The notes: generated by a model from the letters alone, not told the origin. Counted from the stretch's first letter, positions 25,970-34,957 are shown. The stretch is DNA of 35,646 nucleotides from an uncultured Chitinophaga sp. (GCA_964627105.1 CAZVHF010000001.1:1-35646); one strand, 5' to 3'. Numbers and translations are program-made.

Positions 25970-27131
25970 GGTTCTCAGCATCCATCGTTACGATATCTGC
26001 TATTAGCTTCATCCAAATCAGAATGAGCGGGAATATTTTCACCACATAGGGATAAATAATCTCTCTTCTCACAAATGCCGGAAACAAATCGGTAGAACTC
26101 AACGATGTAAAAACGAAAGCAAAAACCATCAAGACTACATTCAACGTATTTCTTTTTCCGGCAATAAACCAAATCGCAGCACCTGCCATTCCAATTACAA
26201 TGGTAGGAGATTCGGTCATGTGATTAAACAAAATCACCCAAAGAAGCACCAGCGCCAGCATTATTATTCTGTACTCGTTATTTGGATAGCATCTCACGCG
26301 AAACAACAGTGCAACAAAGCTGAGTATACCTAAGAGCAAAACAATGGATTTATCAAGCTCTAATCCGAACCAATAGTACAGCCAGCCCATCACCGAAAAA
26401 CCATAGCTGCGTCCATGATCGGCTGTTAGCAGCGTAAACCAGCTTTTATGAAGCAATACGAACTGATCCCAGTCGACAACGAAAAGCGGTAAAAAACTCA
26501 ACAAGGCAAACCAGAAAATTGCCCAGACGAACATTCTTCCTTTTTGCGGAAAAAAGAGAAACAAGCTGAAAGCCACAATTCCGAATAACTTTATAAAAAA
26601 GGCAAGTGCAACAAACAATGTCGCCAAGGCGATTTTCTCGCGTTGCAACATCGCCAGCGCTAAAATCATCAAACCCGCCATTAATCCATTTGCCTGAGCA
26701 TTGTGCAAACTTGTAAACAGCTCGATTGCACATATACCAAGAGCAAGCGCTTTCTTGCTGTTCGATATGCCTTTTAACAGATGAATTCCAAGTACAAAAC
26801 AAGTGGCATTCAAACCATTCCACAGAATAAGACCAATCCAATCGGGCAAACCTGCAAACAAAGCAAAGAGCAGGGCAAACGACGGACTATACTTATATAA
26901 GTCATAATGGTCGGCCGGATACAATTGGTAAAGGTCTTTCCCCTCGAGCAAATGCCAAAACGAATACTTGAAAATAACGTAATTGTTATAATGCGTGTGA
27001 ATTACTCCACCAATATCTTTAAGGCCAAGCAGCAATGACTGAATTGAAATACCGGCTGCAAACAACGCGAAAAAAATAAACCAGGTTCGCGGTTGTGAAA
27101 CGAGCCGTATTATTTTATGCCGAATGCTCAC
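25932..27131 (-). CDS. Polytopic membrane glycosyltransferase, GT-C fold, GT87/DUF2029-like
   Basis: 399 aa with about 10-11 hydrophobic helices. After TM1 there is an acidic/aromatic loop (FKYSFWHLLEGKDLYQLYPADHYDLYKYSP) like the first extracytoplasmic loop of GT-C enzymes. The architecture matches what I recall of Bacteroidota DUF2029 proteins. GTG start directly abuts the stop of the upstream OmpA-family gene. Confidence 0.5.
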   Translation of the reverse strand: MSIRHKIIRLVSQPRTWFIFFALFAAGISIQSLLLGLKDIGGVIHTHYNNYVIFKYSFWHLLEGKDLYQLYPADHYDLYKYSPSFALLFALFAGLPDWIGLILWNGLNATCFVLGIHLLKGISNSKKALALGICAIELFTSLHNAQANGLMAGLMILALAMLQREKIALATLFVALAFFIKLFGIVAFSLFLFFPQKGRMFVWAIFWFALLSFLPLFVVDWDQFVLLHKSWFTLLTADHGRSYGFSVMGWLYYWFGLELDKSIVLLLGILSFVALLFRVRCYPNNEYRIIMLALVLLWVILFNHMTESPTIVIGMAGAAIWFIAGKRNTLNVVLMVFAFVFTSLSSTDLFPAFVRREIIYPYVVKIFPLILIWMKLIADIVTMDAENPNTGNETVAYQQ

Positions 27132-29066
27132 TTAGGGTAAAATTGAAAATTCGGTACGTCGGTTTTGTTTACGCCCCTCTTCACTTGTATTTACCGACAC
27201 GGGCTTGGTTTCGCCATAGCCTTTAGCCGAAACGCGCTGTTCGGCAATTCCATTTTCGAGCAAATAGGCTTTAACCGCATTGGCACGATTCTGCGAAAGT
27301 TTCAAATTGGCTTCATCGGCGCCCACATCATCGGTATGCCCTCCAATTTCGATTTTAAGTGTAGCGTTTGTATTGAGGAAATCTTTCAATTTTTTTAGCT
27401 CGGCCCTGCTGGTTTCTTCGAGTTTAGCCGAACCACTGGCGAAGAAGATATTTTTAAGGATGATTTTCTCTCCGGCAGCTATGGGCGTTAAATTGATGTT
27501 TGCCTGAAACACATCAGATGCCTTGAGCTCCTTCGACAATGTGTAGTTTTCAGAGAAAAACAGATAACCCGGTGCACTTACATTCACAGCGTAAGAGGAA
27601 CCGGCTGGAAGACTAACTAAAAACGATCCCGTTTGTACATCACTTTTACTTATTGCCATGGTACGGCCCGAATACACATCAATTACCTCAAAACGTGCTT
27701 CGAGCTTTGCACCCGTTTTGGCATTTTGCACGATGCCTTTCATGAATGTTACCGCGGCGGGTCTAATCCTTTCATCTAAAGCAAAACGGTAAACATCTTT
27801 TAAGCCCATACCGCCTGGCCTGTCTGAACTAAAATAAGCGTAGGCTCCATCGGCACTGATAATCATATGCGATTCGTCTGAAGCTGTATTTACGGGATAA
27901 CCCAGATTTACAGGCGCCGACCATTTCCCATCGGCGCTTTTGCGACTTACAAAAAAATCGCGGCCGCCCATTCCCGGATGTCCCGAGGATGAAAAATACA
28001 AGCTACGTCCATCGGGATGAAGAAATGGACCCGATTCATCCTGATCAGTGTTGAGTGAATCGCCTAAGTTGTATGCTTGCCCCCAAATCCCATTCGATTG
28101 TTTCTCTGCATACCAAAGGTCCGACATACCCTTCCCACCTGCTCTCCGACTCACGAATACTAGTGTTTGTCCATCGGCAGAAATAGTAGGTTGAGCATCC
28201 CAGGTGGGGCTGTTTACCGATTCACCGAGATTAACAGGGGTTGACCAAGCATTCCCTCTGCGTTCCGAAACGTAAAGGTCGCAACTACCAATTCCACCCG
28301 GACGTTCGCAAGCCGTAAAATAAATCGTTCGTCCATCGGGCGAAAGGCTATGTGCACCTTCATTACCATGCGAGTTTAGCGGAGGACCAGCGGGAATTGC
28401 ATTGCGCCACTTACCATCCTCCTTTGTACTGATGTAAAAATCTTCTTCAACCTTAGAGCCGCCGTTATCGGTTAGTGCATCGGCCGGGCGCATGCGGGTG
28501 TAGATGATGGTTTGCTCATCGACCGTAATGGAAGGATGATACTCGCTATAGATGCTATTGATTTCGGGTCCAAGGTTTTCGGGCTTGAATTCGACCGGAT
28601 GCTGTACAGCGACTTCTGCAAAGCGAGCATTCCGAAGCAGGCGATTCGCTTTTTTACGATTGTCTTCAGATAATTTTGGATAGGCAAGAAATTGTTCCAA
28701 GTGCTTAGCAGCATCCGAAAAGGCAGCAAGTGCCAAATCGGCCTGCGCCCAACGAAGGTATAAAGGCGGAAAGCGATCGGGTTTGATGCGTGCCGCAGCT
28801 GCATAATACAATCGTGCTTGATCTGCCTTATCCATATCGAGACACAAATCGGCTAGGGTAAGTTGTGCCTCAAAAAATTCGGGAGCTTCCTCTACCGCCT
28901 TTTGGAGAAAAGTAAAGGCTAAATCGTTCTTTTTGTATTGATAATTTTCAAGCCCCTCCTCGAACAGACGAATAGCTTTTTTATTGCTGGTGCTGTATTC
29001 CTTTTGCGCTTGAAGGAATGCAGCAGTAAATAGTAAAATGGTAAGGAATAGAAACCTGTGCATCAT
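27132..29066 (-). CDS. OmpA-family envelope protein with TPR, PD40 (TolB-like) repeats, CarboxypepD_reg-like domain and OmpA C-terminal domain
   Basis: 644 aa. Signal peptide, then TPR-like helices (aa ~25-150). Five PD40-type repeats (..SPDGRTIYFT, ISADGQTLVFVS, HPDGRSLYFSS, ISADGAYAYFSS). C-terminal peptidoglycan-binding motif IGGHTDDVGADEANLKLSQNRANAV...GYGETKPV. Confidence 0.85.
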   Translation of the reverse strand: MMHRFLFLTILLFTAAFLQAQKEYSTSNKKAIRLFEEGLENYQYKKNDLAFTFLQKAVEEAPEFFEAQLTLADLCLDMDKADQARLYYAAAARIKPDRFPPLYLRWAQADLALAAFSDAAKHLEQFLAYPKLSEDNRKKANRLLRNARFAEVAVQHPVEFKPENLGPEINSIYSEYHPSITVDEQTIIYTRMRPADALTDNGGSKVEEDFYISTKEDGKWRNAIPAGPPLNSHGNEGAHSLSPDGRTIYFTACERPGGIGSCDLYVSERRGNAWSTPVNLGESVNSPTWDAQPTISADGQTLVFVSRRAGGKGMSDLWYAEKQSNGIWGQAYNLGDSLNTDQDESGPFLHPDGRSLYFSSSGHPGMGGRDFFVSRKSADGKWSAPVNLGYPVNTASDESHMIISADGAYAYFSSDRPGGMGLKDVYRFALDERIRPAAVTFMKGIVQNAKTGAKLEARFEVIDVYSGRTMAISKSDVQTGSFLVSLPAGSSYAVNVSAPGYLFFSENYTLSKELKASDVFQANINLTPIAAGEKIILKNIFFASGSAKLEETSRAELKKLKDFLNTNATLKIEIGGHTDDVGADEANLKLSQNRANAVKAYLLENGIAEQRVSAKGYGETKPVSVNTSEEGRKQNRRTEFSILP

Positions 29067-29110
29067 CGTATAATAACGCCGAAAAATAAAGAATAATACA
29101 AGCAGTTTTA

Positions 29111-29143
29111 TAAAAATAAAAAGCCCTGAAAAATCAGGGCTTT
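29111..29143 (-). terminator. Rho-independent terminator after the type-B CTD adhesin gene
   Basis: On the minus strand, stem AGCCCTGA pairs with TCAGGGCT (plus 29122-29129 / 29134-29141) around a 4-nt loop, followed by TTTTTATTTTTA. It lies 22 nt past the stop at 29165. Confidence 0.8.
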
Positions 29144-29164
29144 GTCAAAATAATCAATACAATT

Positions 29165-32100
29165 TTATCGCTTTACGGTCACATCGCCGCTCAAAACCTC
29201 ACCATTCGATAGTTTTAGTACATAAAAGTACACGCCATCGGGCAGAACATCGCCGGTCCAGTTGTTCTGGTAATCGGAGTTCGCATATACCTCATCGCCC
29301 CAGCGATTGTATACAGCGAGTGCCGACTCGGGGAATGCCCCCAAACCTGCCACAACAAAGAAATCGTTGAATCCATCGCTATTCGGAGTGAAGCTATTGG
29401 GCACTTTAACGGCGTTAGAAACAGTAAAGGTCCGCGAAAGTGTATCGGTGCAGCCTTCTTCATCGGCAACCACAAGCGTTACAACCAAGTCGCCTTCGGC
29501 TGCATACGTATGCGAGGTGTTTTGCGTGTTAGCTCCTGTATTATCGCCAAAGCTCCACGACCACGAAATGGGTGCGCCGGTAGATTGATCGGTGAATGCA
29601 ACTTGTTGCCCAGTTTGTGCACCTGTTTCGGGATTAGAGCTAAATGCAGCTGCAAGCAAACTCTGCGACAACACAATGGCATCACTGAATTCGCAGCCAT
29701 TAATATCGGTTACCGTTAAACTAATAGGTCCAACGCCCGCTTGAGTGGTCTGTGTAACACTTCCATTTGTCCAGAAATAACTGCTCATACCATCGGGACC
29801 TGATAGTGGAAGCGGATTTCCTCCACACAAGGATTGATCTTCACCTAAATCGAATTCAGGAAGTGCATTGATACTAACCTCGATCGAGTCAGGATTATTA
29901 TTGATGCATCGGTCTACATTTGCAAGCAGATAATACGTGCCCGATTCGGCGTTATCCAACACTAGCGAATCATTGGGCACATTGCCGTTTGGCGTAATCC
30001 AAACATAGGTAACTCCTTCTTCCTGATTCGAGATAAGCACCAATTGCTGATTTACGCAAATCGAACCATCACCTGAAATTACCGGATTCTCGGGTAATGG
30101 AATCAAGGTTACTTCAACAGAATCGCGCACCGTACAATTAAACTGATTTTCAATTTCGACCCAATATGTGCCCGATGCCGAAGCGGTTAACTGGGCATTG
30201 GTTGACTCATCCTGCCACGTGTAATTAACATCCGTTCCTATGTTTGCATCCAACAATAAAGTTGTTCCTTCACAAATAGTTGAATCTGAGAAGAGGAACT
30301 GGAATTCGGGAGTAACATTGACGTCAAGTATGAGCGAATCGGCAGCAGAAGGACATCCGTTGCCCATGTAATATGCGTAAACTGTACCGCTCTGGGTGGT
30401 ATCGTTAAGAGCAAGCGCAAACACACCGGAAGAAGTGCTGCTGGTATCGCCGTTGAGAATCCAATAATACACTGAACCACCGGTTTCACCAACCGTAAAT
30501 GCGAGTTCATCGCCAATGCAGCCATTCAATTGATCTATTAAAGCTCCGTTTGTACTCAAATTGGCATCAGGCGGACTGGCGGAGAAAAATAAATCGACAG
30601 AATCGCGCTTGGCGCAACCAAACTGATTCGAAACTTCGACCCAGTATAAACCGCCAACAGTTGCAGTATACGTTTGATTGTTCGACCCATCCTGCCATTC
30701 GTATGTCAAATTATCGCCTGCACCCGGATCCATGGTAACAGATGATACATCACATACGGTATCGGCCAAACCAATGTAGGCTTCGGGAGTTGGGTTAACA
30801 AGCAATACCAAGGTATCGGGGAAAGATTCACATCCATCCTTTATGCAAAATCCAAGATAGGTACCTGAATTTTGAGGAACCGTATTCGGAAAAGAAAGTG
30901 TTTGTCCATTATACAGCGTGTTATTGGCCCCAATCCATCCGTACCCATCCGCATCGGCAACACTCGAAAGCAAGAATTCAACCGGCTCTCCTGCACAAAG
31001 CGTATCTCCTGTTACACTCGGGTCAAAAGGAGAAATAGAAGCTACAGGCGAAGGTGGGCGTGGCGAAGTCCAGATCTGTATCGTATCGCGCGCACGACAG
31101 CCTTGAAAATCGGTTACAGTAACATAATATTGTCCGGAGTCGCTTACAATGAAAAATGGATCGGTACTGCCATCCTGCCACTCGAACAGGTATGAACCCG
31201 GAACCGTTAACAACAATTGAGCACCTTCGCAAATGGTATCGCGGGCAGCCTGAATGGTAACAGGCGGCTGGTAATTGGTAACGGTGATGGTATCAGTCGC
31301 ATAACATTCGTTACCACTTAAAACCTCCACATAGTAGGTACCTGGTTCAAAAACGGTAATTTTTTGCGTTGTATCGCCTGTGCTCCAGAGGTAGGATGTT
31401 TTACCCGGACCTGCATCCAACGTGGCGGTATCGCCCAAGCAAAGTTGGCGGTTAATACCTAGCTCGAGATAGGAGAAATTGGTGAAATAACCGTAGTTGC
31501 AGCTTGCCCCAGCTTGGTATGTTAGGCCCATGTGAAATAGTTCCTCACTAAAATTCTGAAGTAAAGTTCCTTGGTTAACCGGTATCTCTGCGGTTGTAAA
31601 TGCTTTACGCAAATATACCCATTCGCCATTTGTGCCGGGAACAGGCTGAAAATCGGCAGCTGTGATGATGTTTGGATTGCCGTTCAGCAAGAAATTGCCT
31701 TCGCTTCCGGCTTTGATAGTAATATTCAACTTAAAATTTGCACTGCCCAATCGGTTGAAACCAACTTGATTAGAACCTGTACATTCCAACGAAGGGATTA
31801 CAGCACCTGCGATTTGATCGCCCACTCCCGATATATGTAGTACATAAATTGGCTTACTACCTTCGATAAAACCGGCAGCTGCAGTAAATGAATAAACATA
31901 CTGCTCCCCTGCGCTAAGGGTGTCAATTGCCACCGGGTTTCCATCAGCAAAAATCTCGGTAGAATCTTCCGTAGCGCAAACAATTACTTTGTCGAGCCCA
32001 TTGGCTAAATCGCCACGAACCACAATGTGCTTGAATCCACAATTCTCAACCGAAATCAATTGATCGGCGGCTAAATCGGCTCCACCCTCATCTCCTATTG

Positions 32101-32869
32101 GCGGAGGATTTAAGTCGATCATATCGTCTTTAACCGTAACCGCAACAGGCTTGTCTGATTCGATTTTAGTTCCGCCTGGCTTTGATGCACCTAAATAATC
32201 AATGGCCTCGCAATAATATACCTGACCTCGATTAAGTTGAATTGTAAACGGAACACCGCCCGGATGATTCAAAATGTCGATAGAAGGCGTAATTGTAACA
32301 TTTGTGGTATCGTCGGTTGCTACAATAGCAAAACCGGTGCGAGGCTGCGGAATATACGGCGAACCTCCAAGCGTACGGGCATTTTCCCAAAATGTTTGAA
32401 AAGGAGTAAAAAACAAGGTTCCGTTTGCATTTTTTCCTTTTAATGCAATAATGTCTTTGTTATTCGCTGCACCTAACTCGTAATAAGCAGTAATAGGAGC
32501 CGTTGAACGCACTAAAATTCCCGTGTTCATAACAGAATCGGGAGTAGAAGTTTCTATTTGGTTGATGAATTGTGTTAAATTAACGGTTTGCGTCGAATTC
32601 GCAGCAAGATTTACGGTTATCGCAGGGAATCCAATCAAGTTGGCCGGCTGCAAAATAGTTACCTGTGCAGCATCCGTTAAGGTCGAAATAACTACACGAA
32701 TTGGCCGGTCGCGAAAAGCTCCTCCATTAATTTCGCCTTGTGTACCCTGCGTCAAATCGGGGGGCGCAAACCAGAATTCCTGGTCAATTTGGGCCGAAAC
32801 ATTTGAAGAAAGAAATAGAACACCACAAATGATAGATAGAATTTTGTTCATTCGATTTAACATACGCAT
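29165..32869 (-). CDS. Large T9SS-secreted surface protein with type-B (gliding motility-associated, CHU_C-like) C-terminal domain
   Basis: 1234 aa. Signal peptide (..ILSIICGVLFLSSNVSAQ). The N-terminal ~440 aa begin QEFWFAPPDL, like the IgGFc-binding-type beta-helix N-domain of many CHU_C proteins. Eight Cys-containing Ig-like modules span aa 470-1068. One PKD domain (FTDQSTGAPISWSWSFGDN...HTY). Type-B CTD: VPNSFTPNSDGFNDFF...VYNRWGDEVY...WTG......DGVYFYVL. Confidence 0.85.
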   Translation of the reverse strand: MRMLNRMNKILSIICGVLFLSSNVSAQIDQEFWFAPPDLTQGTQGEINGGAFRDRPIRVVISTLTDAAQVTILQPANLIGFPAITVNLAANSTQTVNLTQFINQIETSTPDSVMNTGILVRSTAPITAYYELGAANNKDIIALKGKNANGTLFFTPFQTFWENARTLGGSPYIPQPRTGFAIVATDDTTNVTITPSIDILNHPGGVPFTIQLNRGQVYYCEAIDYLGASKPGGTKIESDKPVAVTVKDDMIDLNPPPIGDEGGADLAADQLISVENCGFKHIVVRGDLANGLDKVIVCATEDSTEIFADGNPVAIDTLSAGEQYVYSFTAAAGFIEGSKPIYVLHISGVGDQIAGAVIPSLECTGSNQVGFNRLGSANFKLNITIKAGSEGNFLLNGNPNIITAADFQPVPGTNGEWVYLRKAFTTAEIPVNQGTLLQNFSEELFHMGLTYQAGASCNYGYFTNFSYLELGINRQLCLGDTATLDAGPGKTSYLWSTGDTTQKITVFEPGTYYVEVLSGNECYATDTITVTNYQPPVTIQAARDTICEGAQLLLTVPGSYLFEWQDGSTDPFFIVSDSGQYYVTVTDFQGCRARDTIQIWTSPRPPSPVASISPFDPSVTGDTLCAGEPVEFLLSSVADADGYGWIGANNTLYNGQTLSFPNTVPQNSGTYLGFCIKDGCESFPDTLVLLVNPTPEAYIGLADTVCDVSSVTMDPGAGDNLTYEWQDGSNNQTYTATVGGLYWVEVSNQFGCAKRDSVDLFFSASPPDANLSTNGALIDQLNGCIGDELAFTVGETGGSVYYWILNGDTSSTSSGVFALALNDTTQSGTVYAYYMGNGCPSAADSLILDVNVTPEFQFLFSDSTICEGTTLLLDANIGTDVNYTWQDESTNAQLTASASGTYWVEIENQFNCTVRDSVEVTLIPLPENPVISGDGSICVNQQLVLISNQEEGVTYVWITPNGNVPNDSLVLDNAESGTYYLLANVDRCINNNPDSIEVSINALPEFDLGEDQSLCGGNPLPLSGPDGMSSYFWTNGSVTQTTQAGVGPISLTVTDINGCEFSDAIVLSQSLLAAAFSSNPETGAQTGQQVAFTDQSTGAPISWSWSFGDNTGANTQNTSHTYAAEGDLVVTLVVADEEGCTDTLSRTFTVSNAVKVPNSFTPNSDGFNDFFVVAGLGAFPESALAVYNRWGDEVYANSDYQNNWTGDVLPDGVYFYVLKLSNGEVLSGDVTVKR
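29666..31462 (-). repeat. Protein-level tandem modules inside the adhesin gene (order A-A-B-A-B-A-B-A)
   Basis: Five A modules of ~58 aa have the pattern C.G....L.......Y.W.DGS......V...G.Y.V.V....GC...D.V (aa 474-532, 544-600, 703-762, 863-922, 1012-1068). Three B modules of ~70 aa have the pattern C.G......................G.Y.......GC.S..D...L.VN..P (aa 622-693, 781-853, 935-1003). The DNA copies are diverged, so this is not a nucleotide tandem repeat. Confidence 0.7.
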
Positions 32870-33004
32870 TGAAATTAATTTATCTGCTTGTGAAATTTAT
32901 GCTGTTTATTGTGAAGCACGATGTAGTACATTAATTCTTCTAATAAGGTTACATTTTTGTGCAATATTACTGTCCAAACCAATACCAACAGTTCAATTAA
33001 TTAT

Positions 33005-34954
33005 TTAAATCTTACGTCCTATTTTACCAATTGCGCGAAAAACAATACCTATATCGCTGCCCAGTCTATAATCTTTTGCATAAACAATGTCGGCCTGCTG
33101 AATTATTTCAGTTTCGTTTACTTGAAAATCAAATGCATCGAGCGGTGTTAATACGCCTTTTTTAATTTTTGGTAAGCCATGCACATTGCCTTTGCTCGCA
33201 TAACCAACCCAACTCAGGCTTCCCGTCAGGCATTTCATGGCATTCCTAAACACTTGAATAGGATTGGGTATTAGCAATGCGAAAGGAAAGAGTGTTAGGA
33301 TTAGTGCTGAAAATACCACATCGAATAACCTTTTTTTCCTTTTATTTTCGGGCTTGAGGATGGAATTTAGTCCGATTACGAAATAATCGCTGTCTGTTTG
33401 AATCGAATTACTCCCAATGATAAATAAACTCTCGGGTGGTGCTATTTTATATTCCAACGATGGAATATCAATCTCTGCCATACGATCCATAATTTGTCCG
33501 CTGCTTAAATCATTACCGCAAAAAATAACTTCGTCCACTGCAAATACCTCAACCAGTTCTTTAATACGGCTCAAACTTCCAACAAATTCGGCCGAATAAG
33601 TTTCCTTTTCGTGCGGGAATACCATTCCAATAAAGGCATGTTTTAGCCCCGAACGCAGTAACATATCTTTAATACGCCTCGCCTCTTCCAGTTCGCCAAT
33701 AATCAAAACACGCCGGCGTTCATTGCGGTCGGGCATCAGACTTCGGTACGCCAGCAAATTAAAAATTAACCTCAGCCCCACAGCTGCAAGTCCGGCCCAG
33801 GCGGCACCAACTAAGGTTAAAAACCGCGAATACCTGTACGATTCAGGCAACATAGCATAAACCAGAAGAATCGAGACCGTTCCATAAAAAATACCCTTTA
33901 CGGCATGGGCCCATTTATACGGTTTTTCATAAGCACCCTGCACCCACATTCCTATTAACCATGCAAGGATGTAAAGCGGAATGGCAATCCATAAAAACGA
34001 GTAGGGATAATAAATGCCGCTCTTGTACGCCCAATAGTCCTTTAAAAATGCCATACCGCCAAAAAACAATACCGCATCTGCCAAAGGAAGTGCAATTCGA
34101 TTCAAAATACGTTTGGCAAACGAAAGCCCTGCACGCAACCAAACGGCCATATTGATAAGCAGGGAAAATAGTTTGGCACGTTCGGGCGAAAAATGCTTCT
34201 TTGCAAAAATGACCATCGCCTGGTAAAAAATGAACACATAATTCAGAGACGATTTCTTCGTACTCTCGCCACGGTAATGAATAATGCGTGTTTCGGGATG
34301 ATAATAAATCGCATAACCGGCTTTTCGAATGCGGTAACTCAAATCGATATCTTCGCCATACATAAAAAAGGCCTCATCTAAAAAGCCGGATTTGTCTAAA
34401 GCTGCTTTGCGCATAAACATGAATGCGCCCGACAATACTTCGATTTCGTTCGTTTCGTCTTTCGATAAGTAACCCAGATGGTATTTCCCAAAGCGTTTGG
34501 AGCGCGGAAACAAACTGCTTAAACCGAATATCTTATAAAAAGCGACCTCTGGTGTAGGCAAGCCGCGTTTCGACTCGGGTAAATAATTTCCTTTTCCATC
34601 GATAAGTCGCACACCACACGCACCGGCTTCAGCATGCGCATCCATAAATTTAATACAGGTCGAAAAGGTATCTTCCTCAACCACCGTATCGGGATTCAGA
34701 AGTAAAACGTATTGGCCCGTGGCAAGTGCCAATGCTTGGTTATTAGCTTTCGAAAAGCCTGTATTTTCGGTATTGGCAATGAGTTTTACCTGCGGAAATT
34801 TTTCACGCACCATACGCACCGAATTGTCGACAGAGTGATTGTCGACCACGAAAACCTCGCCCTCTATGCCTTGCATTGCCTTATAAACCGAGCGCAGGCA
34901 TTGCTCGAGAAAAAACGCAACATTGTAATTGACAATAACGACCGATAACTTCAT
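33005..34954 (-). CDS. Fusion protein: N-terminal family-2 glycosyltransferase plus polytopic membrane region, Rossmann-like module and truncated sugar-transferase (WbaP/PGT-like) C-terminus
   Basis: 649 aa. GT2 motifs VVIVNYN, VVDNHSVDNS, LLLNPDT, YGEDIDLSYR (aa 1-235). About six TM helices (aa 240-405). RRVLIIGELEEARRI...VDEVIFCG (aa 414-515). KRLFDVVFSALILTLFPFALLI ... ADIVYAKDYRLGSDIGIVFRAIGKI (aa 538-649). The ATG lies 3 nt after the queE stop. Confidence 0.75.
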   Translation of the reverse strand: MKLSVVIVNYNVAFFLEQCLRSVYKAMQGIEGEVFVVDNHSVDNSVRMVREKFPQVKLIANTENTGFSKANNQALALATGQYVLLLNPDTVVEEDTFSTCIKFMDAHAEAGACGVRLIDGKGNYLPESKRGLPTPEVAFYKIFGLSSLFPRSKRFGKYHLGYLSKDETNEIEVLSGAFMFMRKAALDKSGFLDEAFFMYGEDIDLSYRIRKAGYAIYYHPETRIIHYRGESTKKSSLNYVFIFYQAMVIFAKKHFSPERAKLFSLLINMAVWLRAGLSFAKRILNRIALPLADAVLFFGGMAFLKDYWAYKSGIYYPYSFLWIAIPLYILAWLIGMWVQGAYEKPYKWAHAVKGIFYGTVSILLVYAMLPESYRYSRFLTLVGAAWAGLAAVGLRLIFNLLAYRSLMPDRNERRRVLIIGELEEARRIKDMLLRSGLKHAFIGMVFPHEKETYSAEFVGSLSRIKELVEVFAVDEVIFCGNDLSSGQIMDRMAEIDIPSLEYKIAPPESLFIIGSNSIQTDSDYFVIGLNSILKPENKRKKRLFDVVFSALILTLFPFALLIPNPIQVFRNAMKCLTGSLSWVGYASKGNVHGLPKIKKGVLTPLDAFDFQVNETEIIQQADIVYAKDYRLGSDIGIVFRAIGKIGRKI

Positions 34955-34957
34955 CCG

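Noticed and set aside
29666-31462. Possible nucleotide-level tandem repeat or CRISPR-like periodicity inside the adhesin gene.
   Set aside because: The periodicity is visible only at the protein-motif level. The DNA copies are diverged, sit in one continuous ORF, and have no spacer-repeat organisation.
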